DNA of 61,874 nucleotides, counting the filler, from Sphacelaria rigidula (taxonomy: Eukaryota): NCBI GenBank assembly GCA_964200075.2. It is 10 parts of 10 records of this genome, joined end to end, with 100 filler letters (N's around TTAATTAATTAA, not from the genome) between each part and the next. Parts side by side here need not be neighbours in the genome. Positions count along the whole stretch, not along the records: positions 1 to 6,098 come from CAXNAA020022238.1; positions 6,199 to 12,296 come from CAXNAA020022239.1; 8 more parts are not named here. One strand, written 5' to 3'. The position numbers and the translations under genes were made by a program. Positions within the stretch are counted from its first letter, which is position 1, and the number at the start of each line of letters is the position of its first letter. This document shows positions 1 through 11,246 of the stretch, piece after piece. The notes under the pieces are model-generated. The model saw nothing but the letters and a program-made list of their open reading frames with translations. It was not told the origin of the DNA and made no database searches.

Positions 1-107
1 GCGTGCCCCGTCCCGGCTTTGTAGGAATGAGGAGTCAGTGGTCAGGCGACTATGATATGCGATATCATGAGCCCTCCCCCCCCCCCCCCCTCCCCCTCCC
101 CTCCCTC
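1..107 (+). repeat. LINE 3'-region module B followed by an oligo-C tract
   Basis: ccgtcccggctttgtagg...catgag-C-tract matches 55778-55855 and the reverse complement of 45085-45177 and 31205-31235. Confidence 0.75.
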
Positions 108-1309
108 CTCAGGACTAGTCCGTGGCATTTAGGGATTTGCCCACCTCTCCGCCGTTATGTGCCTAAAAAGTTGATATCAAGCATTGGATCATGACCGCCG
201 GCACCCTGGTACCCCGTCGGTCTAGGTCGAATGTTCGTTAACTGATGCCCTCAAGCTTCTTACGACGGAAATCAGCCAAATATCCCGCTCAGAATTCGAA
301 TCCACTCGTACTCATTACCCATACAAGCCACCCATACAGACCCAGATCGTTCAAGATTCACCCCGGGGCGTAGCGTATATATGTCCCGCAATATTCGGGG
401 ATAACTCGGTACCTTAATGAAAGGGCTCTTGAAGCAAGAAGTACTTTATTTTGCGGGCACTCTTCCTTTACACACAGCTACATTCTCCAACATGTAAACT
501 GTCAAGAATCTGTGCCCCGACCATACGAGTTTGGCATTTACAGAGGCAAAAAGAGACGTTCGATAACGGCCGACCAGCTGCTTGAAAGGGACATTTCCAA
601 TGCTCGACATCGAAGTTCAAGGCAGGTACAGCGGGGCAGAGGCCGATTGATATATCGAGACTGCGGGTTCGTCCTGTAGTAGAGGAGGTTAAACCTACGT
701 CGAGAAAAAAACAGGTTGCGTGCACTGTGTCGTGGTAGATCTACTCGGAGGCGTGTTTTCCATCGCCCACTCGAGTCGATCATCTCAACATCTCGGGATT
801 TGGTTAAGCCCCTGATGAAATCACGTGGTCTGGGTTACACAAGGCTATACCGTAGAGCTATGTGGATCAGCAACGCAGACGACAAATCGGACACCGTACA
901 CTGAAATAGATACAAGGAATAGCTCTTGCTGTTTTTACTGAACCGGTTTGATCTGTATTGCCAGGCGCCTACCGAAGTGATGCCCTGTACTGTATTTTTA
1001 TTGCTTTATGCTCAAGTCGTTTTGAACAAAGTTGCGCCTAATTTTGCGTTGACGAAGGACATTATTCAGGGGAAAATGTGGCCTGCTTTGCTGCATTGTA
1101 ACCGGCCGGAGTGGATTAAGGACGTACTGACAGATATTTCGGCTGCGAACGTGTGCCTGTCGTTATTATGTATTCGGAAGTAGGCACACACACGCGCGTG
1201 CCCGCGTCCGCGTGCGACGTAAGCCCCAACACATCTGACCCGCGCGGATTTCCTTGTGGAAGTTAAAGTCTTGGAATAATACTGTGCATCGTGTGGGCAT
1301 AGCAATGGG

Positions 1310-1428
1310 AAGAGCGAGAGAGAGTGATATATATATATGTATATATAGATTTACAGTATATATATAGACAGACAGACAGATAGACAGACATATATATAGA
1401 TGGAGACAGAGACAGAGACAGAGACAGA
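1310..1428. repeat. Compound microsatellite (GA/TA/GACA)
   Basis: Visible runs of gaga, tata and gaca. Confidence 0.9.
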
Positions 1429-2655
1429 GCTCTACCGCACTGACCCGGATCTGTCATAGTTGATCCAGGATGGTCTTCTGGATATCAAGACGCCAACCAG
1501 CAGCATAGAAAACCGACATGACATCACGGCTTATATCATGTGTTACAAGACAAGACGGGGAAGCAATTCAGTCACGCCCGTGAATAGTTGTCGTCTATAT
1601 GATGCACCTGGTGTACGCAGAGTTAGTCAATCCACACTTCGTTTTTTGGTTCAATCTGATACTGATACTAAACACTTGACGTGAAAAATATTGGCACGTG
1701 AATCTCTCACAAGCACGCGATGCTCTTGTTGTAAGAAATATGATGCGTTGGCCGCTTGGTCCTGCATGACTCGACCTTTATTCCGATAAAAACCACGTAT
1801 AACATATCCCGTGTCTCACCACCACCTTTCCGTCGGATGCCTAGCTGGTGAAGGACCACCGAATTTCCAGCCACGACCTGCAGCCGGTACGATTTGTAAT
1901 CCGACAACTCAGGTGTGCGAATCGTTGGCGGTGAGTGCGGGGACCCAGGAAAAGGGCGCGATCGGCGCAATGTTCGAGAGGGAGATGAAGCAGGAAAAGA
2001 ACTTGGAGGTAAGTCAGGTATCTTGGTCAGTTACCCGCCTTCTTCCGCCGGTAGTCTTGATGTGCCAGCAATTTCCTTCTCGGATGCTCAGGTATATTTT
2101 ACTATCGTCCTCTTGGCTTGTCTCAGGGGTTGTTCCTGAGGGTTGTTCTCGAGACCGTTCTTGGGATCGTTCTTTACGGTGGTAACTTTGGGTTGCTCTT
2201 TTCATATCAGTGGTTGGTTCAGGAAGGGGTGTTGACGCGTGTTTCGTTCGTGCCTATTTATTTAATCCATTTTTTTTCTTCTCAAACCCAGGTAGATCCA
2301 AAGTGCCACTTGGACGGTACCGAGAATTCTGGATGGCATCAGACCAACGGTTGTTCCTTTCGATGACCGACCTGAAACGAAAAGAACGTCTGAAACAACA
2401 AATTTTCCCCACTCTTACCTGCGAGTACTTGTCGATACGGTTTCGCGGTGTGTTTGCCCTCATCCATTCAGGTACTCGCGCTAATCACCTAACATCAAAG
2501 CGCTCACCACTTGCCTTTTTTTTCATGTTTTGGAGGAGTGATCCTACGACAGATGTAGAGCGAAAAATGTTGCACGAACTACGGGAGCTTATGAGCGTGC
2601 TGGCAAGGTCTCCCGCTATCTTTTCTGGACATTCTCGTGGATGAACGCTTGTGCA

Positions 2656-2820
2656 TACGTGTGTTATGTCCAACAGTGCGTGTGTTTTGTCGACGATACG
2701 TGTGTTACGGCGACAATACGTATGTTACGTCGGCGATACGTATGGTATGTCGACGATACGTGTGTTATGTCGACAATACGTGAATTAAGTCGACAATACG
2801 TGAGTTATGGCGACAATACG
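2656..2820. repeat. 20-bp minisatellite, about 8 degenerate copies (gtcgacaatacgtgtgttat)
   Basis: gtcgac/ggcgac...atacg recurs every 20 bp. Confidence 0.9.
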
Positions 2821-3448
2821 GGCGCTCAAATGTTTTTTCCTGCCTACGGGGATTCCTGAATGTGAGTCCTTCGTGGAGGAGATCGATACCGCGCCCGCCA
2901 ACCCATCGTAGGACCATTCGCGGACACACTGATATCTATTCACACCGTAGTTCCGACACGAATAACTGACTTCACGACCTTCTTTGATACACGTGTGCGA
3001 AGGTGCAGTATTGGCGTGAGCGTGTGTGAGGGGGGGAAGGGAGACGGGAACGAGGGGAAACTTGCCAGACGTTGAAACGACTGAAAAGGGGCGAACCGTA
3101 ACATTTTGGTCTTGATAATACCAGCTGTAACGTCACCCACGAAAACTTACGTATCGCCACTTTGAGCAGTATTATTTTATTTCACACCCCTGACAATGAC
3201 CATGTAGGGTCAATATATGTAAAAGACGAAGAATGTACTGGGTAAAGTGTTGTTGATCGTCAATAGTTGCAATAGGCCCATACTTTACCCAGTACATTTT
3301 TTTGCCTATGACATCCATTGACCACATATCGTCATTGTCCAAGGTGTGCAGTAGTTAAAGGCTATGTTGTGCTGGATGAGTACCGTTGCTATGACTTGCA
3401 TATGTTCCACTTCTTTGTATTCAGAAAATGTAAGATCAAACTTTGCTC

Positions 3449-3472
3449 TTGTTGTTGTTGTTGTTGTTGTTG
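3449..3472. repeat. (TTG)8 microsatellite just upstream of an exon acceptor
   Basis: Direct reading. Confidence 0.95.
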
Positions 3473-3482
3473 TCAAATTCAG

Positions 3483-3596
3483 CTGCGAGAGCGAGATCTT
3501 CGGCGGGCAAAGGCGGCGGAGCAGGACGCGAAGAACAGGGCGGACGCGGACAAAAAGGACGGGAAGGACGAACGGATGGAAGAGCTACTCAGGAAG
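3483..3596 (+). CDS. Penultimate exon of an unknown charged coiled-coil protein (LRERDLRRAKAAEQDAKNRADADKKDGKDERMEELLRK)
   Basis: Acceptor ttcag at 3478-3482, GC-rich coding-like codons, 38 codons, probable AAG|GC donor in phase 0 with the next exon. Confidence 0.6.
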
Positions 3597-4257
3597 GCAG
3601 GGCGCATGATGCTATGTTGAACACAAATACAGGAACAACACAGAACGAGTGAACTCCAGGCTGGCGCAGCGTTGCAAGTTAACTTCTGTGTATCATCATA
3701 TCGGCCGGTCATTTAAAAACCTTCAAATTTTGTTGGTTACCTGTGTTGTCGTGCCTGTAGCCTCCAGTGCATGCACGTATCACTGCGTTCCGAACCCTTC
3801 TGCCTCGAAAGTGTCGGCGTTGTTTTCCTCACTATTCCCAATGTTGACCACATTTTTCTTTCCCTACCGCAACTGGTCATGGGCGATCATGTTTGTCTTG
3901 CTGTAGAGGGAGACCACGTCCTCCGATTCTTTCAGGCGTCTCTATCTCACTGGGTAGGTTTCCTGTTTTGCTTCTGACCAGCCGTCCAATGGTAGACTGC
4001 TCGTTGCCCGAGGATAGCTGATACATTGAAGCGGCCCGAAAACGTCACACGGCACAAGCGTCACGTCTGGCCTGTACTGCATTACATGCCAACTTTTGGT
4101 TATCGTCATCATCCAACCGGCCGTGCGTTCACCTCTTGAATGCTCACCTGCCTTGTCATCTCTCCCGGCAGCTTGTGGTTGAGAGACATTCGTGTGCAGT
4201 CAGAGTATTCATCTAAATATCTCCATTTCTATGTCAGCGTCGATTGGTCGATCAATC

Positions 4258-4305
4258 GAATGAATAAATGAATGAATGAATGAATGAATGAATGAACGAA
4301 TGAAT
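4258..4305. repeat. (GAAT)n microsatellite
   Basis: Direct reading. Confidence 0.95.
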
Positions 4306-4596
4306 GGAAATGTTCCTGTATTGCGTATTTTGTGTGACGTCAGCTAATGTACATATATACACAATGCACATATACGTGGAACGCAGAAGGATTCCTCGAA
4401 ATATCTACAGCGAATTTCGACGGCTACGCCTTAAATCAAAACTCAGCGGTAAATTGCTTGCAGAGAGGGGGCAGGGCGTTACAACTTCAAGAGCATCATT
4501 CAGTAGGGCTGGCGAAACATTACACTCTCACAGGGCGGGAAGCTGAAATTATAACATGGACTTCATATTGAGCCCTTATTTCATGTTAATCCACAG

Positions 4597-4704
4597 GTGG
4601 ACGCAGATTTCTTGGCGATGATCAAGGAGGCAGAGGACGACGAGACGAATAACAAGGGCCAAGATGGTGCCCCGCTTGACGTCGATCCTTCAGACGAAAA
4701 ATAA
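4597..4704 (+). CDS. Terminal exon of the same protein (VDADFLAMIKEAEDDETNNKGQDGAPLDVDPSDEK*)
   Basis: Acceptor ttaatccacag, phase 0, acidic tail, TAA at 4702-4704. Confidence 0.6.
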   Translation: MDADFLAMIKEAEDDETNNKGQDGAPLDVDPSDEK

Positions 4705-4752
4705 TGCCGGTCCACATCCCCTCCTCTTCCCCATCTCGCCCTCGCCGCCGCC

Positions 4753-4990
4753 GAGAAAAGGCAAAGTACGTATGTTTTGCAAAACGCAAGGGGCGAACGA
4801 TCAACGAAGGTGTAAAGAACCCTAACGATCGGAAGCGTCTCTGCACTGTACATTGTGCATGCTTTTTATATGAGAAAAGGCACAGTACGTATGTTTTGCA
4901 AAACGCAAGGGGCGAACGATCAACGAAGGTGTAAAGAACCCTAACGATCGGAAGCGTCTCTGCACTGTACATTGTGCATGCTTTTTATAT
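4753..4990. repeat. Near-perfect tandem duplication, 2 x 119 bp
   Basis: 4753-4871 is repeated at 4872-4990 with one visible substitution. Confidence 0.95.
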
Positions 4991-5927
4991 GGGTCTCGTT
5001 TAGCATGCCATCGGTTGTCGAGTAAGCGGAAACGCCGATGACCGTCCGTTCTTCAGCAGTGTTCATCCGTACACATGGGTCATATACCATAGTTGATGAT
5101 TGTGCGCTTGCTTCTCCGGCGAGAGCACTATTTTTTCCGGATAACTGAGCCCCCACAATGGATACGCCAGTGCTCCAGGGTTTGAGTTCAGGCTCATGGA
5201 GGGGGTAGGAGGAATACGCAAATCAGTCGCCGTAAAGGGCGTGTTCTCTCATGAGGATTAAAATCAGGTAGTAAGCTGTCTGATGATGTTGGAACACCCC
5301 TGGTGGATTTCGTCTTGGGGAGCAACAGGCAGTGAGGAACCTCGAAGGCCTCAGGACTGCGCTACATGCACTGTATATGAGAACTAGTGGAATGCCGCTG
5401 TTGGAAATGCTTTTACCGCTGCACCAATGCACGTGGAAACAGGATGGCATGTAGCGACATGCGACAATAGGACGTCGAGTGGCAAACGCGGGAAAGGGGC
5501 TGCACGGGAGCGGGGGTGGGTTCAACCACTCGGTGCTTCGAGTTTCAACTGCAGACCAGACAAGCGTGCCAGAATTGTGAGGGGCTCTCGTACCGCATAC
5601 GGTACACCGTATGGATTCTCCGATAGTTATCGCGCTCCAAAGTTTGACACACAGGATGTTTTGGTGCTCGAAACGAAGCCGGAGGTATGGTTCGCTTCAG
5701 TTCTACGCGCCAGGTGTCAGTGCTATGGATTCAAGACGAAGTGATGATCTCAACACGCGTCGCCGCTGCTGCACAGGCATGCATCGTGCTGGTAATCAAA
5801 TCAGGCTATACGACGTGGTGGCGAACACTCATTTTTTTCATGAAAACATCCCGCCGCCAGGCGGCAGGACCGTCAGCTGTGCTACCCATGCACTGTCATC
5901 GTCGAAAACGTCTAGAAAGCAGCTACT

Positions 5928-6098
5928 GAGTGATGCTACGGTAGGGGTACACAAATATTTTCTGAGGTTAGAATTGTTGGGAGCCCTTCATCTCATCCAA
6001 AACACGACTTATGAAAATATGTGAGAGTACGCCAGGATTACTTCTCCAATGTGCTGGGGATATCCCGAATGAATCCGTAAACGGGGATGCCCTGACCC
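5928..6098. mobile_element. MITE family B (GAG...CTC termini), cut by the contig end
   Basis: Starts gagtgatgctacggtaggggtacac; matches the reverse complement of about 54570-54740. Confidence 0.85.
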
Positions 6099-6198
6099 NN
6101 NNNNNNNNNNNNNNNNNNNNNNNNNNNNNNNNNNNNNNNNNNTTAATTAATTAANNNNNNNNNNNNNNNNNNNNNNNNNNNNNNNNNNNNNNNNNNNN
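6099..6198. other. Artificial contig spacer (44N + TTAATTAATTAA + 44N); identical spacers at 12297-12396, 18495-18594, 24693-24792, 30890-30989, 37087-37186, 43284-43383, 49481-49580, 55678-55777
   Basis: Nine identical 100-bp blocks. The palindromic TTAATTAATTAA puts a stop in all six frames. Segments between them are 6098 or 6097 bp, and 4x6098 + 6x6097 + 900 = 61874. Confidence 0.98.
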
Positions 6199-6289
6199 GG
6201 GGGGGGGGCGTACTCATTTGTTGCTTGCCTTAGTCATTTGACCATTGACCACGCATCCCTTTCGAGACGGAGCTCAATGGGGGGGGGGA
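6199..6289 (-). repeat. LINE 3'-end module A (encodes ...PSRKGCVVNGQMTKASNK*), with C-tracts on both sides
   Basis: Matches 45993-46050, 31255-31310 and 55865-55906 + 56699-56725. Confidence 0.8.
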
Positions 6290-6322
6290 GTACGGCGAGA
6301 AACAAAACCCGAAGTGTCGCAC

Positions 6323-6482
6323 CTGTTTCCCTCGCTCAGCCAGGGCCTTCGTGAGGAGTGTGGGTGTGGCAGCGATTCCTTGGACGAACACACCGTGGTC
6401 TGACTGCACAGCCTCGATGGCTTGCTCCGGGGTGCACACCATTGGGTCACGCCCACCGGGCACCGGTGCCATGGGCTCATGT
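6323..6482 (-). CDS. Exon of an acetyl-CoA hydrolase / 4-hydroxybutyrate CoA-transferase family protein (ASCT-like)
   Basis: HEPMAPVPGGRDPMVCTPEQAIEAVQSDHGVFVQGIAATPTLLTKALAERGKQ fits the family's N-terminal pattern (short helix, then ...VF.xG.AATP.xL..AL). Acceptor catag, donor CAG|gtgcg. Confidence 0.85.
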
Positions 6483-6688
6483 CTATGTGTTGTTAACACA
6501 ACAGCAAGACGAAAATAAAACAAAAGTCGGAACACAATAAAAAAAAAACGTTTTGAGCGTTGAAAACTTGCTTTTAATGCAACTCCTCCGCTGTCATTTT
6601 TTCATCAGTATACACACATCGTAAACGACTTTCGGTCAACGTGGGAACTTTTCGTTGTGGTCCCCAACAAAAAATGGGATTAGGGGGG

Positions 6689-6937
6689 AACACGTTCTAC
6701 GATACCCCCCCCCCCAAAACCAGCCCAAAAGTGTCACGAAAACGGTGGCCATACAGCGTCTGATGTTTGGATTTAGGCTGCCTGAAGCGCCTCATATTGG
6801 CGACAATGGCTAGAACAAACCCAAGCATGGGAATTCCCAGCTGCTCGTTGTGTTTGGCTTTTCCCAATTCGATTTACGTGAAGATTTTGCCTCCCAAAAC
6901 CATGCACTTTTCGGGGGGGGGTATCGTAGAAAGTGTC
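6689..6937. mobile_element. MITE family A (~249 bp, GACACTTT-type TIRs, 4-bp TSD GGGG), intronic
   Basis: TIRs aacacgttctacgataccccc / gggggtatcgtagaaagtgtc with GGGG on both sides; inverted homolog at 15031-15278. Confidence 0.88.
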
Positions 6938-7325
6938 GGGGATGAATTGCAGACCTCAAGATAGCTGCCGCACATGACCGTACCATGGAGAAATAGATTA
7001 ATGCACGTTGTTTTACCATTTTTGCTCACAGGCACGTATTCTTCTCCCCCAATACTCTCAAGTGACTCCGTCAACCTCCCTCCCTCCCCCACGAGACTGT
7101 AATGTGACCCCCGGTTTGTTTCAATACTTCCGCGCTCCGCACTTCGGCGCCCATCCCTTCCCTCGTAATGAAGGGGTTAGTGCGGTTCCTGCTTGTCCAT
7201 GTAACAGGTTATGTGAAGTAGTAACATGTGGCGAAACAAGAACGTTACTGAACGCCCTGTATCCTCATTACACCACTCTCGCGAACCACAAATTTATACC
7301 AAAACAAAAAATTGCCGCATTTTAC

Positions 7326-7397
7326 CTCCAATCCATATCCAGCAGGGCTGGTGGTGACGATCTAAAACCTCGAAGCGGTGCCGTCCTGGAGATCAGC
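7326..7397 (-). CDS. Upstream exon of the CoA-transferase gene encoding a mitochondrial transit-like peptide (LISRTAPLRGFRSSPPALLDMDW)
   Basis: Acceptor gaccag and donor AG|gtaaa. The phase-2 end joins exon 6323-6482 in frame to give DMDWR-HEPM. Confidence 0.65.
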
Positions 7398-8857
7398 CTG
7401 GTCGACACGTCGTGCGGGATTCAGATGAGGGAAAACGACACGCTTAGACGTGAGCTCGTGTTGGAAATTACCTGAAATGAAAAGACTGCAGCGGCATCGT
7501 AGTGTGATAAGCGAGATATATTCTCTGCTGGAAGGATATGGATAGACGGATGGGCACTGTGTTTGACCGAGACCGTGTAGTCGGATTAAACCTTTGACGA
7601 AATGTTGTGCATTGCGCCGCCATTCTTGAGTCGAATGTTCAATGCGGAAACGGTAAGGTGCGCTTTTGTGCAGGAAGTTAAGAGCAACTATAGATACAGA
7701 TCTATACCTATATCTATACATGGTATACGGGTGGGCCACAGTCTCTGATAGACACTGCAACGGCTACAAATGGCAGAATGAAAAATTAGATTTTTCGGAG
7801 GATACCTGTGACAATGGCGTCGCTAGACTGCAATATTAAACGGTACGTGAACGGCTCCACGCTTCATGTTCCATCAATAACCTGGGTCCGAACATGCATC
7901 AGTCTTACTCCAGAGATGAGAGGAACAAAAAAAATGACGCTCTCGAATTCCCTTGGATTATTACACTTGCATTTGCACAATAAATATCGGCAACGCACAC
8001 GTAATAAACCTTGTTCATCCACCATTTCAGCATCAACACGACCGACGGGACGAAATACGACGACCGGGGGTGCCTGAGACCTCAACCATCGGCTACCGTG
8101 TGCCTCGGTGATGGATCTGCAGCTGCCAAGCTCAGCGAAGGCGTGGCATGCTCACACTGTCTTCATACAAACAAGCCACGATCGAGAGTGTTCAAAAGGC
8201 TCCGACGCCAAATGTATCGGCTTCTGCATGAAAAATTTAATTCCTACCCGTATGTAGAAGGGAATCATACTTGGAGGTTGGTACAGCACAGCAAACCACC
8301 TTGTCGACTACGACGCATGAGCTTGTACCGTGCGTTTGGGTGGGTCATAAGAATATCCAAGTGGTTAGTCTTCGAGTATGTCGTAGTTACGTGATGAGGT
8401 AATAAATACACCAAAGCCGCGTGATCATCCGCGCGATTCTCATTGTATAGGAATAGAGAAGGGCCCGACCTTACCACCCACGGTACTGGTGTGATATGTT
8501 TCGCTCAGTATTTACAAGACCAAACGTAAGACGAGGTCGGCAATCACAGGAATACCTAAAAAAATTGTGTATAACGCCCCCGAAATTTTGGTCACGAAGA
8601 AACAATCACTGGTGTTGAGGTACAACATCCGAAAAAAAGCACTTGAACCGACTCGTAACTACGACGGGAAAACGGTCTCGTTCCGCCACGTCCCGAGGTC
8701 CCGTCACAAGCCCCCAGTTACCTTATTTGTGACCGTTCATCCTTTCATGCGAAATATAGAAGTCGAGAATAGGCTGTGGGAAGGACCCGAGTCTGAAAAT
8801 AGTAATAAAAAAATGCTCTCATATCCTACACAGGTAAAGTTATACCCAAGTTCCCCT

Positions 8858-9150
8858 CAGGTTTGACGGGAAATCTTACGCCGTTGACGGGAGGTCTCGT
8901 CCAATCTGACGATAATTCAAGTGAAAAATATCGGGAATTTTTTCGTGAGGACGGAGCGGGAATGCGTTCCCGTCAAAAGCAAAACGGGACGGGACGGGAC
9001 GAGAACATTTTCCGGTCGCCAAAGAAGCACGGGACGGGACGGAACGGGACAGGAACGCATTGCCGTCGCCAAGATGACAGGACGGGACGGGATGCGAAAT
9101 CCCCTTCTCGTGCGACTTCCCGTGAGGTTTCTTTCCCGTGACAAAACTCT
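8858..9150. mobile_element. Probable non-autonomous TIR element remnant with tandem GGGAC subterminal motifs
   Basis: Many gggacgggac repeats and imperfect inverted ends (caggtttgacgggaaa / tttcccgtgacaaaactctg); no clean TSD. Confidence 0.45.
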
Positions 9151-9605
9151 GAATGTTTTCCCCTGTCCGAAGATGCGTATCATGCGCGACCCGAATCCGA
9201 GATATAGCTTGCTTCTGCGGTGCTGGATGTGGAACCTCAGTGGTAGTGCCGGTCAAACTTGCCAAGGTCGTCGACCAGCTTGATGTGGAATTTCAATGCC
9301 AGTGCCGGTCAAGACTTGCCAAGGTCATCGACCATGCAGATAAGCCTCTGGGAGCATAGCAGAGGACGAAAAATTGAAGCAAAACCCGACTTTCAGTGGC
9401 AGCAACAGTACAACAACAGGTCAGAAACGAGGTGGTTGAGCGGGGTACTGTACCCTTGAGAAATGTTGTTTTGATGCGGAGGGAAGAGCAGTAGCAGTAG
9501 TAGAAGGGGAGAAGCCCCCCCCATTTGGATTTTCTCTACGGGGCTGTCTGCGGTTCCTCTCTCGCACGCAACTTGCTTGCTGTATTTTCTTGTCAATCAG
9601 AGTAC

Positions 9606-9682
9606 CGCGCAGCCGCCAACAACACCGTGCCAGCAATGGTGCGAATATCTGATCGGCGCAGACGGTCTGAGGCGAAGCCCAT
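9606..9682 (-). CDS. Candidate first coding exon of the CoA-transferase (MGFASDRLRRSDIRTIAGTVLLAAA-R)
   Basis: ATG at 9682, phase-2 donor CG|gtact compatible with exon 7326-7397, upstream acceptor catacag. The donor is weak. Confidence 0.4.
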
Positions 9683-10819
9683 GATACCCCCTTCCACTGC
9701 ACTGTGTGCACAGCGCGGTATCCCTGTATGTGCACCACAGCACACCGAGGGCAAAAAGATAAGGAAAACTAGCCAACAATGCTACCGAAGGCATCTCGTG
9801 GTTGACCGCTGTCATATTAATAGGTACATCGGACATCTCTTACACAATCTGACATGAAAAATGAAAAATCGTCACCAGAACACTTAGTTTATGATTGGCT
9901 TGTCTCACATAAAATGGCCCATACCTATGAGGGTACCTCCATGCGTCAATCATCATGTGGTTCGTGGTTACGTCAGGAATCTGGCCGCGCCATTTCGATT
10001 TTTTCTGCTAAAATTGATGGGCTGCACAGAATGATAGTCGTGGTGCCGAAAGTGTGCACAAAACGATTCACACAAAAAAATGAAGAAAAACAAATTGAGA
10101 ACGGAGGAATAAGCCGATGAGAATGAATGCGAGAGGGAAAGTAAAATGGTTGCCATGCGTTGGCTGTTCGGCTTATCATGGAGTTCACAGCTGGCTTTCC
10201 CGTCAGCAGTTACCACGCGTGGGCCACACACCCGAGGTGCTCAGTCCATGGAGGCGGGCACAGCGATGTATCCCAGCGCTTTGTGGAGTGAGCAAGCATG
10301 GATCCATCGGCGAGTAGTACGGACAGGGATCCTCAGCAGGGTGTTTATCACGCGCAAAATGTATCGACATTGTCGCACGCACGGTCTACACGCGAATCAT
10401 ATACTGTGGCACGATAAAGAGCAGCGGCAGTAGCAGCAGCAGTAGCATCGGAGCCAGCTGACTCGGCCTCACCCTCAGTCGTGCACAGCTGTTATTGATA
10501 AAGCTGCGGCTGGTGCTGCTACTTCTCTTCCTCGTATCAGAGACTGTCCCACGTTTCGATCGTCCAACGATGCCCATGCACCTTGTGCGTGATTGCGCCT
10601 TGCTGGGAAACCCTGCTTTGTTCATGTGCTGTCACCATCATCACATCCTCATTGCCATTTTTTTTGCCTTCGGTAGGGAAGCGGGCGACTTCTCGTGATT
10701 ACGAGGATGTGAACCGCAACGCTATCATTGTTTTAGTCATCATAGATTCATTTCATATTTCTTGTCCCCATAAGGAAAAGCTCGTTGTTAAAGCGGGGTT
10801 ATTTTTTTCAGACGTTGAC

Positions 10820-11246
10820 ACGGAATTTTACAAATTCGGGATGGAGTATTTATTGGGGATGAAAACCCGGAAAATTAAAAGCTCCGTATCCACACCAAAT
10901 CTTCGAAACATGCTTCCATTTCTTCACTTACTGGTAGCTATTGACAACTACTACACGCCATACAAATTTGGATTTCGATAATCGAAATATCGGGGTCCTA
11001 GGTGAAGAACCAATTCTGGGGCATTTAGATTATCCGATAGGACGCCAAAATTGGTTCTTCACCTAGGACCCCGATACTTCGATGATCGAAATCCGAATTT
11101 ATATGGCGTGTAGTAGTTGTCAATAGCTACCAGTAAGTGAAGAAATGGAACCATGTTTCGAAGATTTGGTGTGGATACGAAGCTTTTAATTCTCCGGGCT
11201 CTCATCCCTAATAAATAATCCATCCCCAATATTTGTAAAATCCCGT
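10820..11246. repeat. Fold-back element: ~200-bp inverted arms with a short loop near 11030
   Basis: For example cacttactggtagctattgacaactactacacgcc and its reverse complement ggcgtgtagtagttgtcaatagctaccagtaagtg. Confidence 0.93.

Noticed and set aside
200..1183. Protein-like fragments, faintly similar to 44900-45050
   Set aside because: Multiple stops, and the similarity is too weak to support by eye.
2656..2820. 20-bp periodic repeat as a CRISPR-like array
   Set aside because: The units are contiguous with no unique spacers, there are no cas genes, and the context is eukaryotic. It is a minisatellite.
6143..6154. Regularly spaced TTAATTAATTAA as a biological motif
   Set aside because: It always sits in the middle of identical N blocks, so it is an assembly linker.
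9244..9335. Short ~56-bp-period tandem duplication
   Set aside because: Real but ordinary intronic duplication with no further structure.
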